Assembly: GCA_011109175.1 (NCBI GenBank)
Contig: RDEW01000001.1
Coordinates: forward strand, 988,784-1,052,783
From: Dicyema japonicum
Lineage: Eukaryota; Animalia; Dicyemida
Direction: 5' to 3'
DNA: 64,000 bases
Shown here: in pieces, positions 25,525 through 37,123 of the stretch
Position numbering within the stretch: position 1 is the first letter of the stretch
Layout of the letters: each line of letters begins with the position of its first letter
Made by a program: the position numbers and the translations under genes
Notes under the pieces: generated by a model
Seen by the model: the letters and a program-made list of their open reading frames with translations, nothing else
Told to the model about the DNA's origin: nothing
Databases searched by the model: none

Positions 25525-25900
25525 TGAAGCCACCTGGAAAGTCTCAGTCTCGAATGCTTCTAGAATCCATGATACGCATGAACAGTGAAATGTGCTGTCG
25601 TGACTTGAAGATTCCGCCATTCTGACGATACGTGATCTTGTGTGTGGTTAAGGGAAGAACTTAAGGTCGTGTTGAAGGAAGCCACCTGGAAAGTCTCAGT
25701 CTCGAATGCTTCTAGAATCCATGATACGCATGAACAGTGGAATGTGCTGTCGTGACTTGAAGATTCCGCCATTCTGACGATACGTGATCTTGTGTGTGGT
25801 TAAGAGAAAAACATAAAGTCATGTTGAGGTCTCTGCTAGAGCGTGCTGGGATCACGTGAATAGTTAGTTCGGTCTACCCGTAGTCTTTGGTATTATTAAA
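25525..25900 (+). mobile_element. family A LINE 3' end with 153 bp internal duplication (end repeated again after N 25934)
   Basis: CVWLREELKVVLRSLLERAGIT* (read from the post-N copy) plus the tail TAGTTAGTTCGGTCTACCCGTAGTC. Confidence 0.75.
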
Positions 25901-26098
25901 CTTTCCAAATTAATAAAATGTCAGAAAAATTCANTTCAGTCATTCTGACGATACGTGCTTGTGTGTGGTTAAGAGAAGAACTTAAAGTCGTGTTGAGGTC
26001 TCTGCTAGAGCGTGCTGGATCACGTGAATAGTTAGTCCGGTCTACCCGTAGTCTTTGGTATTATTAAACTTTCCAAATTAATAAAATGTCAGAAAAAT

Positions 26099-27112
26099 TC
26101 AAGAAATGTTAGTGAGCCCAGTTAATATTATAATTGAGACAGTTGACGGAGAGTGCTAAAATTATTATTATTAGGCAGTTGACTTATATTTTGTGGTGGT
26201 TTGTTTTTATCTGTGATAATAAGTAAGGGACACTATAATGAGTTTCATGACAACCAGAAAATACGGAATAGCTCCTCCAAGAATGAATCCAAATATGACA
26301 TCACCAATATGGTGTTTGTTGTCATTGATTCGGGATATCGACACAATTATGGCAGCCACAAACAACAGCATCTGTAAAAGAACTTTGATTCCTTTCCAGA
26401 ATAACGAAGTCTTTAAAAACTGAACAAGTTTGCATTCAATGTATAACTGAACTTAAAAAACCGCCATTACAATTGAAAAAATAGCAAAAACAGAAGCAGT
26501 CGACGTGTGCCCTGAAGGAAACGAGAGTCTAGCCTTATGAAACGAAATACCTGGATTGCTCGACAAATTTATGATTCTTATTCGAACAGACAACATTTGT
26601 GACAAATTTTGAACAATTAACTTTTGACAAATCTGGTTTGCAGACACTCAGAAAATTTGGACGTAATCTTCCAGTGAAGAGTTTAAGGGAATCAGTGATA
26701 GAAACTGATAAAACTGTGAAATATTAAAACAAAAAAACCATAACACAAAAATAGCACCAGAAATTCTAGAATAACTGTTTCAATCGATTTTTTAAAGTTG
26801 GTGACTTGGGTTGTCTTCCAAATCATCAATTCAGCGGATATAAACTGAAAATTTAGTTTGTTACTCCAACCAATATTACATTGAAGAAAAGTCCAAAAAC
26901 GGCAACTAATAAATAACTTACTGATGTGGACTTGTATGGATAGTTTATACTTTTGTCATCGCAATAGAACCCACGTGAGTAGGGTACTTTGTGGAAAAGG
27001 AAAACCAGTGAAGGGAGTCCAGCTTTTATAATTCAACTTATAACCAACCAAGAAAACACAGAACAAGTATAATAAATATATTTTTTAATAGGTGAACACA
27101 GAAATGTGGCAT
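26099..27112 (-). CDS. PLPP: PAP2-family phospholipid phosphatase (PLPP/wunen-like)
   Basis: PYSRGFYCDDKSINYPY; C1 KLFTGRLRP; C2 SFPSGH; C3 SRINDNKHHIGDV; several TM segments; ~22-26 nt GT-AG introns restore the frame. Confidence 0.93.
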
Positions 27113-27212
27113 TCAAAGTATTTTATTTGATTATTTTTTTATTTTTTTTGGTTTGCCAACATAAACTAAATGTAAATTAATATTTAGATTTAAATTCAAA
27201 CTATCAACCTAT

Positions 27213-27425
27213 TGGCTATGTGGTGAAATGTGCCTAGTTTGTCAATAATTATTTTCCATCCCTCCGATGGCGTTATTGGATCCATTCTACTGAGGAGACG
27301 CCCAATGTTTGGTTGGCATCAAGAGGGTCCACCTATTTTTTCCCCGGGGACGACTTCGTTGTGTGGAGACAAGTTCTGGAACGCTGGAACGAGTCAGGAT
27401 CAATGAGTTAGTTTTGTCCCCTTAG
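27213..27425 (+). mobile_element. short non-autonomous element: pseudoknot head + family A LINE tail
   Basis: Core at 27269-27331, then GGAACGAGTCAGGATCAATGAGTTAGTTTTG; colinear with the reverse complement of 41655-41878. Confidence 0.8.
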
Positions 27426-27499
27426 TCTGTGGAATAAATTTAATTTAATTTAGTGGGTACACTAAAACTGTCGCTAGAAGTATCTGTGATTACACAAAG

Positions 27500-27800
27500 C
27501 AGAATCACTTAGTTGGTGATTCACCCATGCTTTAATAAATAACCCACAAAAACAATCATAAAGTTTATACAGAAAATTAAAAAATAACTTTATATAGATA
27601 TATAGTTTTCACCACACAATCATAAAGAATTATGGAATGAGAGAACCATAAAACAGAATCACTTAGTTGGTGATTCACCCATGCTTTAATAAATAACCCA
27701 CAAAAACAATCATAAAGTTTATACAGAAAATTAAAAAATAACTTTATGAAGATATATAGTTTTCACCACACAATCATAAAGAATTATGGAATGAGAGAAC
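27500..27800. repeat. tandem duplication, ~154 bp x2
   Basis: CAGAATCACTTAGTTGG..GGAATGAGAGAAC at 27500 and 27654. Confidence 0.9.
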
Positions 27801-28799
27801 AGATAATTTTCCTATTTGTACTTTTAATACTTTGTTAAACGAATACAGAAGGGACAGTCCAAAGTGATCCAATGCTTCTTCCAGAACATTAACATTTTGT
27901 ATATTATTTACCCTTTGTAACTAACAAAGGTAGAAGCTCCCACAAATTCTAAAAGTCGATTATGCCCGTCTAGTTATATTTCATGCCAATATTAAAGTTG
28001 AATACAACCCTTCATGTTGGAATCAAAAATTTGTACAAATGTTAGCCAAACCAGGAAAACCGAAAAATCAATTGTTATCACTCAATAAGTCTGGTGTGTA
28101 TGACCACTGTTAAATAGTCTAGAAGATACCCATATTGTTGAAATGAATGGCTTCTTAATTAACTAGCAAAATATGGTGGGGGACTGTTTCTTATAACCAG
28201 AGAGATTTCAAAACTCACCTGTATGCAGATGTGTAAAAGTCAATAAAATTGTCGTACAAGAGACTAAAAATTACACCAAAGAAATCACCATCCAGGGGTT
28301 TGAACATCTCAGCTGAGAAAACTAACGTTCTAAAGATCTCCAGCTTTCGAAAATTATCAACAGAGCTGCTCCTTGAGAAACATACTGTTAAAAGAAGGAG
28401 GACCTTCCGTGCACTTCAGTGCATTAGAAAGTTGAAAATTAAAAAAGAGGTTTTTCTCTTACCGGTAGGGAATAATTATAATTTAATACATTTCGGATTT
28501 TACATTTTGATTGATAAATTTTGTACTAGCAATAATTGTCACTGTCTGTACGTGAAACTCCTCCGTACGTGGAAATCCACTAGAACTAATCAAAATAAAA
28601 ATTATAACTCAAAGATTTCTGAGTTGAATTATGTGGCATTTAAATGAGTTTTTATTATTTTTAATTAACAAAAAACTTTATTGATATTTAAAATTAAAAA
28701 AATATTTTATTTCTGCAAATGATTTTAAAAGTTCAGGTTGAACAATTATGACTTGCGCCATATATTCGAGTATTTAGGAAATGGATTTCTTGATGGGTC

Positions 28800-29560
28800 G
28801 CTTTCCAGAAACTGCAAGGAGTTTATTTGGATACTTATCTCATTGCTACTTATCGAGGATGATAAGGTCTATTACAGAGTAATTCGATAATAATATTAAG
28901 ACAATAGTTTATTTCAGCGATTTTTTGTGAAGAAGAATCAGAACTGAAACAAGGATTGATTATAGTATTTTTGTCTATAAATCAGTAGAGTGAACATAAT
29001 TTTGCTCATTCAGTTATTAGAAAAACGACCTAGAATTTTACTCTTGTAAAAGTTGCAGTTGTTGTGAAGAAGTATGTCTTATTTCAGAGCAAAGGGTTGA
29101 CTGAGACGAGGTCCCCAATTACGGCAACATTGCAGAATATCCGCGTGATAGATATATAGTTGATCTGATGGACCTGAAAAAATATTCCAAGTAGAATAAC
29201 AGATATTCCTGGGTAATAGTTCTTCAGTATACTTCAAACAGACAATGGTCTGGAGTTCAGAAACTTTCTTGTCAGAAGATTTTGTGATAGACTAAACACG
29301 TTTTTGGAAGACTTCGAGCACCGTCGGTTCAAGGACATGTTGAGAAATATCATTTATATAACAACTTATAGGTTGAATAAATATTTCAAATGGTTATACC
29401 CCGTTTCAGCTACTGAAGGAACTCTTGGAAAATATCAATCTTGTCTTGGTGATTCTTTATTCAGGTAAAACATCACTAATCATGAGATAACACAACATGT
29501 TCTATTCAAAATGTTTATTGGAGCTAACCATCCGCCACAGATTTCGGAGGACGCTTAATA
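28800..29560 (+). mobile_element. Ginger/gypsy-type (KRBA2/SCAND3-like) rve integrase remnant
   Basis: PITAT..DRYIVDLMDL..YSWVI, ILQTDNGLEFRN, GRLRAPSVQGHVE; multiple stops and frameshifts. Confidence 0.7.
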
Positions 29561-29789
29561 ACTTACTACAGTATGGAGAAGACTCATCGTTGTCAAGGGA
29601 TTCTGCCCGAAGATATAGTTTGCTTGCAGCAGAAAAAAATGCGTAAGAAAAGAAGCTGGAAAAACGATGGGGAATCATTGAAAGTGGGAGAGAAATTTAT
29701 TCTATGAATAGATTGTGATTTTAATTTGTCAACAGAATTGGTTGCTAATATGGGCACTATGATACTACAATTTATCAAGTAGAGGACAT

Positions 29790-30000
29790 ACAGTAGGATA
29801 TGGTGTACATAGATGGTGGCTACTCACACACTATGATAGTCTAAACTTGGCGTTGAAAAACGCACTTTCCTCTTCTGGCCACCACTGCATTTTGGAGCCT
29901 ACTGGTGTCACCTGAGAAAACGAAAGACACCCCGATGGGATGAAAACATTACTTTTTGTTAATGGTGGGAACCTGGCTGAACGGTACATTTGTTGGTACA
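29790..30000 (+). mobile_element. CRE-like RLE fragment
   Basis: HYDSLNLALKNALSSSGHHCILEPTG..RHPDGM. Confidence 0.65.
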
Positions 30001-30039
30001 TACTCTTCTAAGAATTCGGTCACTTCAATTTCGGACCAA

Positions 30040-30170
30040 GGCCAAGCTTACAAGTAAACCAAGGATCGAAAGGAGCAAGTTTTAATAAACCTGTGCATAA
30101 ACAGTCATTTAAAAACAAACTATTCGCTTCTTGTATTGATTTAAAGAAGGCGTACGACTCTGTGACCATG
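30040..30170 (+). mobile_element. non-LTR RT fragment (R4/RTE-like)
   Basis: EQVLINLCIN.. followed by IDLKKAYDSV (with a frameshift). Confidence 0.55.
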
Positions 30171-30886
30171 GCTATCACGATCATCTTTTGGACTGCTCTG
30201 GCCTCCTAATATAGATTAGAGGTTCAAAGGTTATATTCTGTAGTTTTTGGAGTGTTCCATCGTGCCGTGTATTTAAGTTCCATCTCCCCACGAATTGAGC
30301 ACAATACGCCTTCATCCAATGGGTTATTTATTATCTGACTCCTAGGGGTCATATGGTCAATAATATGTCTCCTAGCAGTCATAGATTAGTATTTCAAAGA
30401 TCTATTGCACTCGTCAAATAAAAGGCATCTCCCATCACCACCCTCGACACCGTAAAAATCCAGTGATGTGTTGATTAATAATTGTGTAATAATGAGGTTA
30501 CTAACTACAGTGTATAGATAGAAATACCAGAGATTCAACTATTCTGACTAACAACTGCATAAAACCCTTGAAATTGTGCTGATTTTTTAACTACAAGCAT
30601 TCTGGTTGAGAAGAATCCCAATATTCTAAATTCGTGAACTCCTCCATGGAAGAAATAGATCCATTTTTATCGCAAGCACTGGGCGTCGCCTGAGACTTTG
30701 GATCAAGTGATGGCTCTTTTGAATTCCAGAGATCTTGGTAATGACCAACTAACTACACACGTGATTCCGAGACGTTCGAACCGAGATTTCATCAAGATCC
30801 AATGCTTCTCCCTAGATCTAACAAAACCACAAATAAAACATTGAACTGGATTCTCATAGTTGAACGATCACGTCCTTCGGTTAGAG

Positions 30887-32637
30887 CAGGGTTTCCCAAA
30901 GTGGGCGATAAGAAATTCAAAGGGGGCGTTTATGAGTAAATCGTTCATCGGGGGCGATCTTAATTTCAAGGGGGCGACAATGAATTATTCGTAAAATTTA
31001 TATCATACATTTAATTAATATAATAGAATTTCAGTATGGTGAACCTGTAATTTTAAATTGACACCAGCGTGATTTGCGGTGTATTAGTAATATTCAATAA
31101 TGAAGCAAGAGACACTAAATAAAAAAATTCGTCAATATAATATTCAATATTTAAAATATGGTTTCATCGCATCTCCTAATGATGAAAGACGACCTTTCTC
31201 ATTTTTTGCTCAAAGTCATTTTCTAACAAGGCTATGAAGCTTTCTAGATTAAGTCAGCATTTACGAAGGGTTCTTATATTTTATTAAAATATAGGAATAT
31301 TGGCAGGAAAGAATTAATCCACGTCTCAACGGTCTTAAAGACTTTCTTTCTCAACATGATTTCGCATTTGAGCATTCTTGAACAAAATATGAAGGGACGT
31401 TTCAAAGATTTATATGAACCTAAAGTTCCAGATTGGGTATAGACCCCTTTCAGAATGTATTTGACGGTGATTCTTGTTTTCAAGAGGAACTAATTATATT
31501 AAAAAACGATTTTGAAATTAAACCCACTTTTAAACAGCTTATTTTTGGTTACAAAAAGATATTCCTGAAAAATTTCCCATGTTATGGAAAACTTAAAATT
31601 GTTTTTTTATTGCCTTCTTTACTTTATATATGGTTGAAAGAGGCTTCAGTATTGTATCACAGCTTACCAAAGGGAGAAACCGCTCGGAAATTGTTGAATG
31701 AAGAGATTACGAATTAGGCTTTCAAACATCAACCCAAATATTGAGAAACTTGTGTCTAACTTTTTGCAACGTCATTGTCCACATTAATCTACCCATCATT
31801 GCCGTGCCTGTTTGTTGCCGGGGGCGTCTTTCGAGATCGGTGCCTGGTTCAAAGCCATTCCCAATGGATTTCTGGGTACCTTCCTAAATGATGAATGAGT
31901 TCATATTGAGATCTCATTGCGACTGTGATTAAAAGTCTGTGTTTCACATGTGCCGATGCGGAGACAAGATCGACTGTTTTTGCCTACTCCCTCTCTTTTG
32001 CAGGAAGAGTGCAGCCAGATTTCCCAGACACATGGCCTTGAACGAAGTCGCTAGGCGAGCTTTGGACGCTGCCGGATACCCCTCCATGCTCGAACCTGTC
32101 GGCTTTTGCAGGCGGGATTGGAAACGGGATGACAATCTTCTCTTTTGAAGCCGGGAAACCTCTTATCTAAGACGTTACCTGCACCGACACATTTACCTTT
32201 TGTAACCTATTTCAGAGTGCCTCTGGAGCCTGTTCTGCCGCTAAGAAGGTCGAGAAGATAAAACGGGGAAAGTACGCAGTCCTACCCAAGGATATTTTGT
32301 TTGTCCCACTCGCCGTTGAGACGTCTGGTTTCCTTACTCATACGACGCTGGAATTCTTGAGTCGTCTAGGGAATCGGATCGCTACAAGAACAGGAGACCC
32401 TCGTGAGCGCTGCTGGTTGTTTGAGCGAATTTCGCTCGCCATCCTGAGAGGGAATATCTACGCGATTAGGGCAGCCTCTATATAACCGTCACTATTTTCT
32501 TTAATAAAATTTTTAAAATCACATTAATTATTAAATTTTTTATTTCCAACTCGTTACCATAAACGTTTTCCCGGTGGACGATATTTTTTAAAAGTTTGTT
32601 AAAGTGGCGATGACCTGAATAAGTTTGGGAACCCCTG
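30887..32637 (+). mobile_element. Buster/Charlie-type hAT transposon, internally deleted
   Basis: TIRs CAGGGTTTCCCAAA / TTTGGGAACCCCTG; 8 bp TSD GGTTAGAG / GGTTAAAG; ZBED5-like IRQYNIQYLKYGF and C-terminal DPFQ..EELIILKND..ERGFS. Confidence 0.88.
31795..32510 (+). mobile_element. CRE-like non-LTR 3' part (Zn knuckle + RLE) nested in the Buster element
   Basis: [61 protein letters not shown]. Confidence 0.9.
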
Positions 32638-33199
32638 GGTTAAAGATTCTGAGATGTTGAGAAAAAGTCTTTTCCAGAAGTCTATTTTCCGTATATTTAA
32701 ATGGCATTTTCTAAATCTCTTTGACCTTACTAGTATTTTTCCAGGAAATGAATAAACTCAGTCTCGTGAATCCGTAGGATATGTATGGCTCCGTGTACTC
32801 ATGTAGATAGTCCCTATGATTTTCGATCTTCCATAGTCCTGAGAGGCATACAATGAAATTCAATGAGCCAAACTTCGCTGAAAATAAAAAACAAATAAAA
32901 TTCAAAACATGTAAAACTTAATTAAATTTTATCGACTTTTCTGAAGTTTTTTCATATATGTGTGAGGGTTTTTATGATCATATACGGGACACTTAGTTCA
33001 AACATAGCATAACGATATTTCTAGTTTATTTTTGAATTATTTTTTTTAATTTTGTAATGGTCGGAACCTGGTTTGAAACGCTAAATGTGTTGATACATAC
33101 TCTACGAAAAATTTGATCGTTTCACTCTCGGATTCAGGTCATGCTTCTAAGAAAGCCGAGGAACAGAAGAGTAGGAAGTACATAAGCATTTCTGAGAAT

Positions 33200-33770
33200 C
33201 ACTTGTTTGTCGCACATCACAAACAGACGATCTAGTCCGTCAGATCGGATCATGTGCCAAAGAGTCATCAAGGACCATGTGAGACTTGATAGCCATTGTC
33301 AGAGAAAACAGCAAGGCCATACCGAGCCAACAATAGGCTATGCATGTGCTGCGTGGGAATCTAACCTGGCGGCAACGAACCTANTCATGTGCCAAAGAGT
33401 CATCAAGGACCATGTGAGACTTGATAGCCATTGTCAGAGAAAACAGCAAGGCCATACCGAGCCAACAATAGGCTATGCATTTGCTGCGTGGGAATCTAAC
33501 CTGGCGGCAACGAACCTAATGAAAATTCAAGAGATCCAGTCAAAAGCAATCAATTTACTGGAAAAGTATACGGATAGAGAAATTATCACGAGAACAGTTT
33601 AGTCTATCCTAGAGGCAACTGGAGGTGATTTCAGAAGAGAAGAAAATAAAAGACCCCCGTCCGTATAGAAAGTGTGTGGGGTCACGATCGGAACATCGAG
33701 AAAAAATGGTCCGATTTTTGAGAGATGCAAGGATCACCTGAAAATTAGTTAGTGGTTAATTTGAAAACAC
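33200..33770 (+). mobile_element. family A LINE 3' portion (RT thumb + C-terminus + tail)
   Basis: PTIGYACAAWESNL..KIQEIQSKA; ..RDARIT*; duplicated segment across N 33384. Confidence 0.8.
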
Positions 33771-34023
33771 CAGCTGTACAGGATTCTTGACCCCTCCAGA
33801 CTCTTTTTCTTACTTGTCGGTCTGGGATCACTCAGTTAGTTGAGAATTTTTTTTTCTCTCTTTGACTCTGATCCTGGGGTAATAATAATTCTTTTATTTA
33901 CCCTAAACATTTGCAAATGATACTTTGGTCTCTCAATCTCCAAGCTTATAAAGGTTGAATAACTTGATAGATATTACAAACTATGCGTTTTCCTGAAGCT
34001 TAAGCGCCTTCTCAGCAGAAGCT

Positions 34024-35600
34024 AACGCCAATTGATGGCGACTGCACCTCTTCTAGCATGAAATGGGTGGACTGCCAATATTATTGTTATTTTTGTGTGT
34101 GCCATGTAAGTTTCAAGACTTGTTGATACACAATTTTGCCCTTAAGCCTAAAAGCTATAATTTGCAAGTCAACATCATTGTGATCCCCTCCTGAAAATAC
34201 AAGGAAGATGTCAAAGTTTGCTAAAAAATATTCGCCTTTGAGTTTAGAGCTCCCGGAAATTCAGATTTGGCAGAAGCTGTCTTTCCAAAAGTTGAATTTA
34301 TTAAGAAATAACCATGTTTATGATTTTCCTGTTAATAGTAAACTGGAAGAGGACTTATTCGGATCGCTTCCGAATCTTCAATATAAGCTTCTTCAGGGTG
34401 ACCCATCGTCAAGTATATAAGGGACATCTAAACGTGTCACACTACATTATCGAACGGTAAAANNNNNNNNNNNNNNNNNNNNNNNNNNNNNNNNNNNNNN
34501 NNNNNNNNNNNNNNNNNNNNNNNNNNNNNNNNNNNNNNNNNNNNNNNNNNNNNNNNNNNNNNNNNNNNNNNNNNNNNNNNNNNNNNNNNNNNNNNNNNNN
34601 NNNNNNNNNNNNNNNNNNNNNNNNNNNNNNNNNNNNNNNNNNNNNNNNNNNNNNNNNNNNNNNNNNNNNNNNNNNNNNNNNNNNNNNNNNNNNNNNNNNN
34701 NNNNNNNNNNNNNNNNNNNNNNNNNNNNNNNNNNNNNNNNNNNNNNNNNNNNNNNNNNNNNNNNNNNNNNNNNNNNNNNNNNNNNNNNNNNNNNNNNNNN
34801 NNNNNNNNNNNNNNTAACGCCAATTGATGGCGACTGCATCTCGTCTAGCATGAAATGGGTGGACTGCCAATATTATTGTCGTCTTTGTGTGTGTAATTTT
34901 CAAGACTTGTTGATATACCATTTTGCCTTAAAGCCTAAACGCTACAATTTGTGAGTCAACTTCACTGTGATTTCCTGTTGAAAATACAAGGAAGACATGT
35001 TAAGGTTTGCCGGGAAATAGTCGTCCTTGTGTTTAGAACTTCTGGAATTTAAGATTTGGCGGAAGCTTTCCTTCCTAAACGTAGAATTCAATAAGCAAAG
35101 TACCATGTTTATGATTCCTCCGTTTAATGGTAAACTAGAAAAGGAATTATTCGGATCGCTTCCGGAACTTCAATATAAACTTCTTCAAGATGACCCATCT
35201 TCAAATATATCAGGGACATCTACACGTATCACGTCACAATATCGAACGGTAAAAAAGCTATATNNNNTAAACGCTACAATTTGTGAGTCAACTTCATTGT
35301 GATCTCCTGTTGAAAATACAAGGAAGACATGTTAAGGTTTGCCGGGAAATAGTCGTCCTTGAGTTTAGAACTTCCGGAATTTAAGATTTGGCGGAACCTT
35401 TTTTTCCTAAACGTAGAATTCAATAAGCAAAGTACCATGTTTATGATTCCCCCGTTTAATGGTAAACTGGAAGAGGACTTATTCGGATCGCTTCCGGAAC
35501 TTCAATATAAGCTTCTTCAAGATGACCCATATTCAAGTATATCAGGGATATCTACACGTATCACGTCACAATATCGAACGGTAAAAAAGCTATATACGAC
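34024..35600 (+). repeat. three diverged tandem units (up to ~440 bp) of a decayed coding sequence, separated by N gaps
   Basis: Units at ~34024, ~34815 and ~35268 share the + frame ..KLEEDLFGSLPELQYKLLQDDP..; stops are present. Confidence 0.8.
34463..34814. other. assembly gap (N run)
   Basis: Ns. Confidence 1.
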
Positions 35601-36444
35601 GATTGATCAATTATTTCTTGTAATCCACTAAACGACGTTTTCCGATCTTCCAAGTCATGCAGGAATATCCCCAAGTTGAATTCTATTTTATGACTGTGCT
35701 CACTTCTTATCTGAAAATAAACTAAAACTCTAATATTTTCCAATTTAAATTCTTAATATCTCCGTATTTGAAAATTCCAACCGCTCTTAATTTATGCTTC
35801 GATAAAAGTGGCGTTTTCGTTTATAAAAGTAGTACTCATACTCTCTCATTCTATCAGTGAGTGACAAAACCGACCTCAATTTACAATTTATTAACATAGA
35901 GAGACTCACAGTGACTTTTAGAGTCACATACTGCTCTGTCATAATCTTAGAATTGGCAATATATTATCCCCCGCTGTTGTAGACACTAGTTTGTTCCAAA
36001 AGAAACTCGTTTATAGAGATCTTTGAGTTTCTCTTTATTATGTAGGAATATATAATCATGGCCTAAAGTCTTGTACCCCTTATATTTGGCTCTGGCTTTT
36101 TACTTGTTCGCAACAGAGTTCTCTAAAGTATTATCAACTAAAGCCATTAGAAGCCTTGTAATTAACAAGCGTCTGGGACTCACTCTACCGATTTTGACGG
36201 TAGAGAAAATTTTTTACTGGGGGGAATTCATTTCCACTTGGCGCGCCTACGTTGTGGTCACCACGTGGATTTTAGTTTGTATCTGTACAGGATTGGACAA
36301 TCGTCCTTTCCACTATACCTATCATGCTTAGTTGACGACCAAAAGACAGACCCAACTCGAGTTCTTTAGAAGACAAGTCACTTCTCTTGTCCGATCCAAC
36401 TCCGATTGCACCATCTACTATTATTTTTTGTTTTTAAAAACAAA

Positions 36445-36890
36445 AATTAATTAGTTGTCAAATGAGCCCTGGAGTCTGCTGACTACCCTTTTATACATGA
36501 ACCTGTTGGCCTGGACAGAGGAGACGGAAAACCGCCAGACGGAAATACAACCTTTCCACTTGAGCGGGAAAAGTCATTGGTATGAGATGTTAAGTGCATT
36601 GACCTCTGTAGACACACTGTGTACCGTAATAAAGCAATGAAAACAAATGGGAAAAATACGAAGCGCTGTACGATGAATTCACGTTCTGCCCCATCGTAGT
36701 TGAGACAACAGAGAGAAATCGCTTCGTTTCCTAAAGAAACTGGGACGTCTAGCTACACAAAAAAGCCACGACGCATGTGAGACGCGGTGACTCCTCAAGC
36801 TGATCTCTGTTGCAATCGTTCGAAGAAAAGCAACGTCGATTATTTTTGTGGGGATCATTTTTTAATTATTTTTGTATTTTTTGTAAAAAT
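36445..36890 (+). mobile_element. CRE-like 3' fragment
   Basis: ALESADYP..EPVGLDRGDGKPPDG..FTFCPIVVET..LISVAIVR. Confidence 0.75.
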
Positions 36891-37123
36891 AAATCTATAT
36901 TTATTAAAAAAATCTTTAAAATAACTCCAAATAAATTACTAATTAAATTATCATAGTTTATACAAATAACACGATAGTTTGATTAGTATTATTTACAATT
37001 GACTCAAATACTGGATATTAGTTGAGTTTTCGGTCGAAAGCTTTAAGAAGCACACTCATGCAAGTAACCCACTAAGCCGTGGTCTTTAAGATTTGACAGA
37101 AAACCAAGTTCTATTCCAAGTTT

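Noticed and set aside
27285-27330. Hammerhead ribozyme (CTGAGGAG resembles CUGANGA)
   Set aside because: No GAAA core after a stem II, and the CUGA is not conserved in other copies; the helix order fits a pseudoknot.
34100-34260. GOLD/TMED-like motif on the minus strand (VFSGGDHNDVD..GKIVYQQ)
   Set aside because: Not kept in the other two units, where minus-frame stops are conserved and the plus frame is open.
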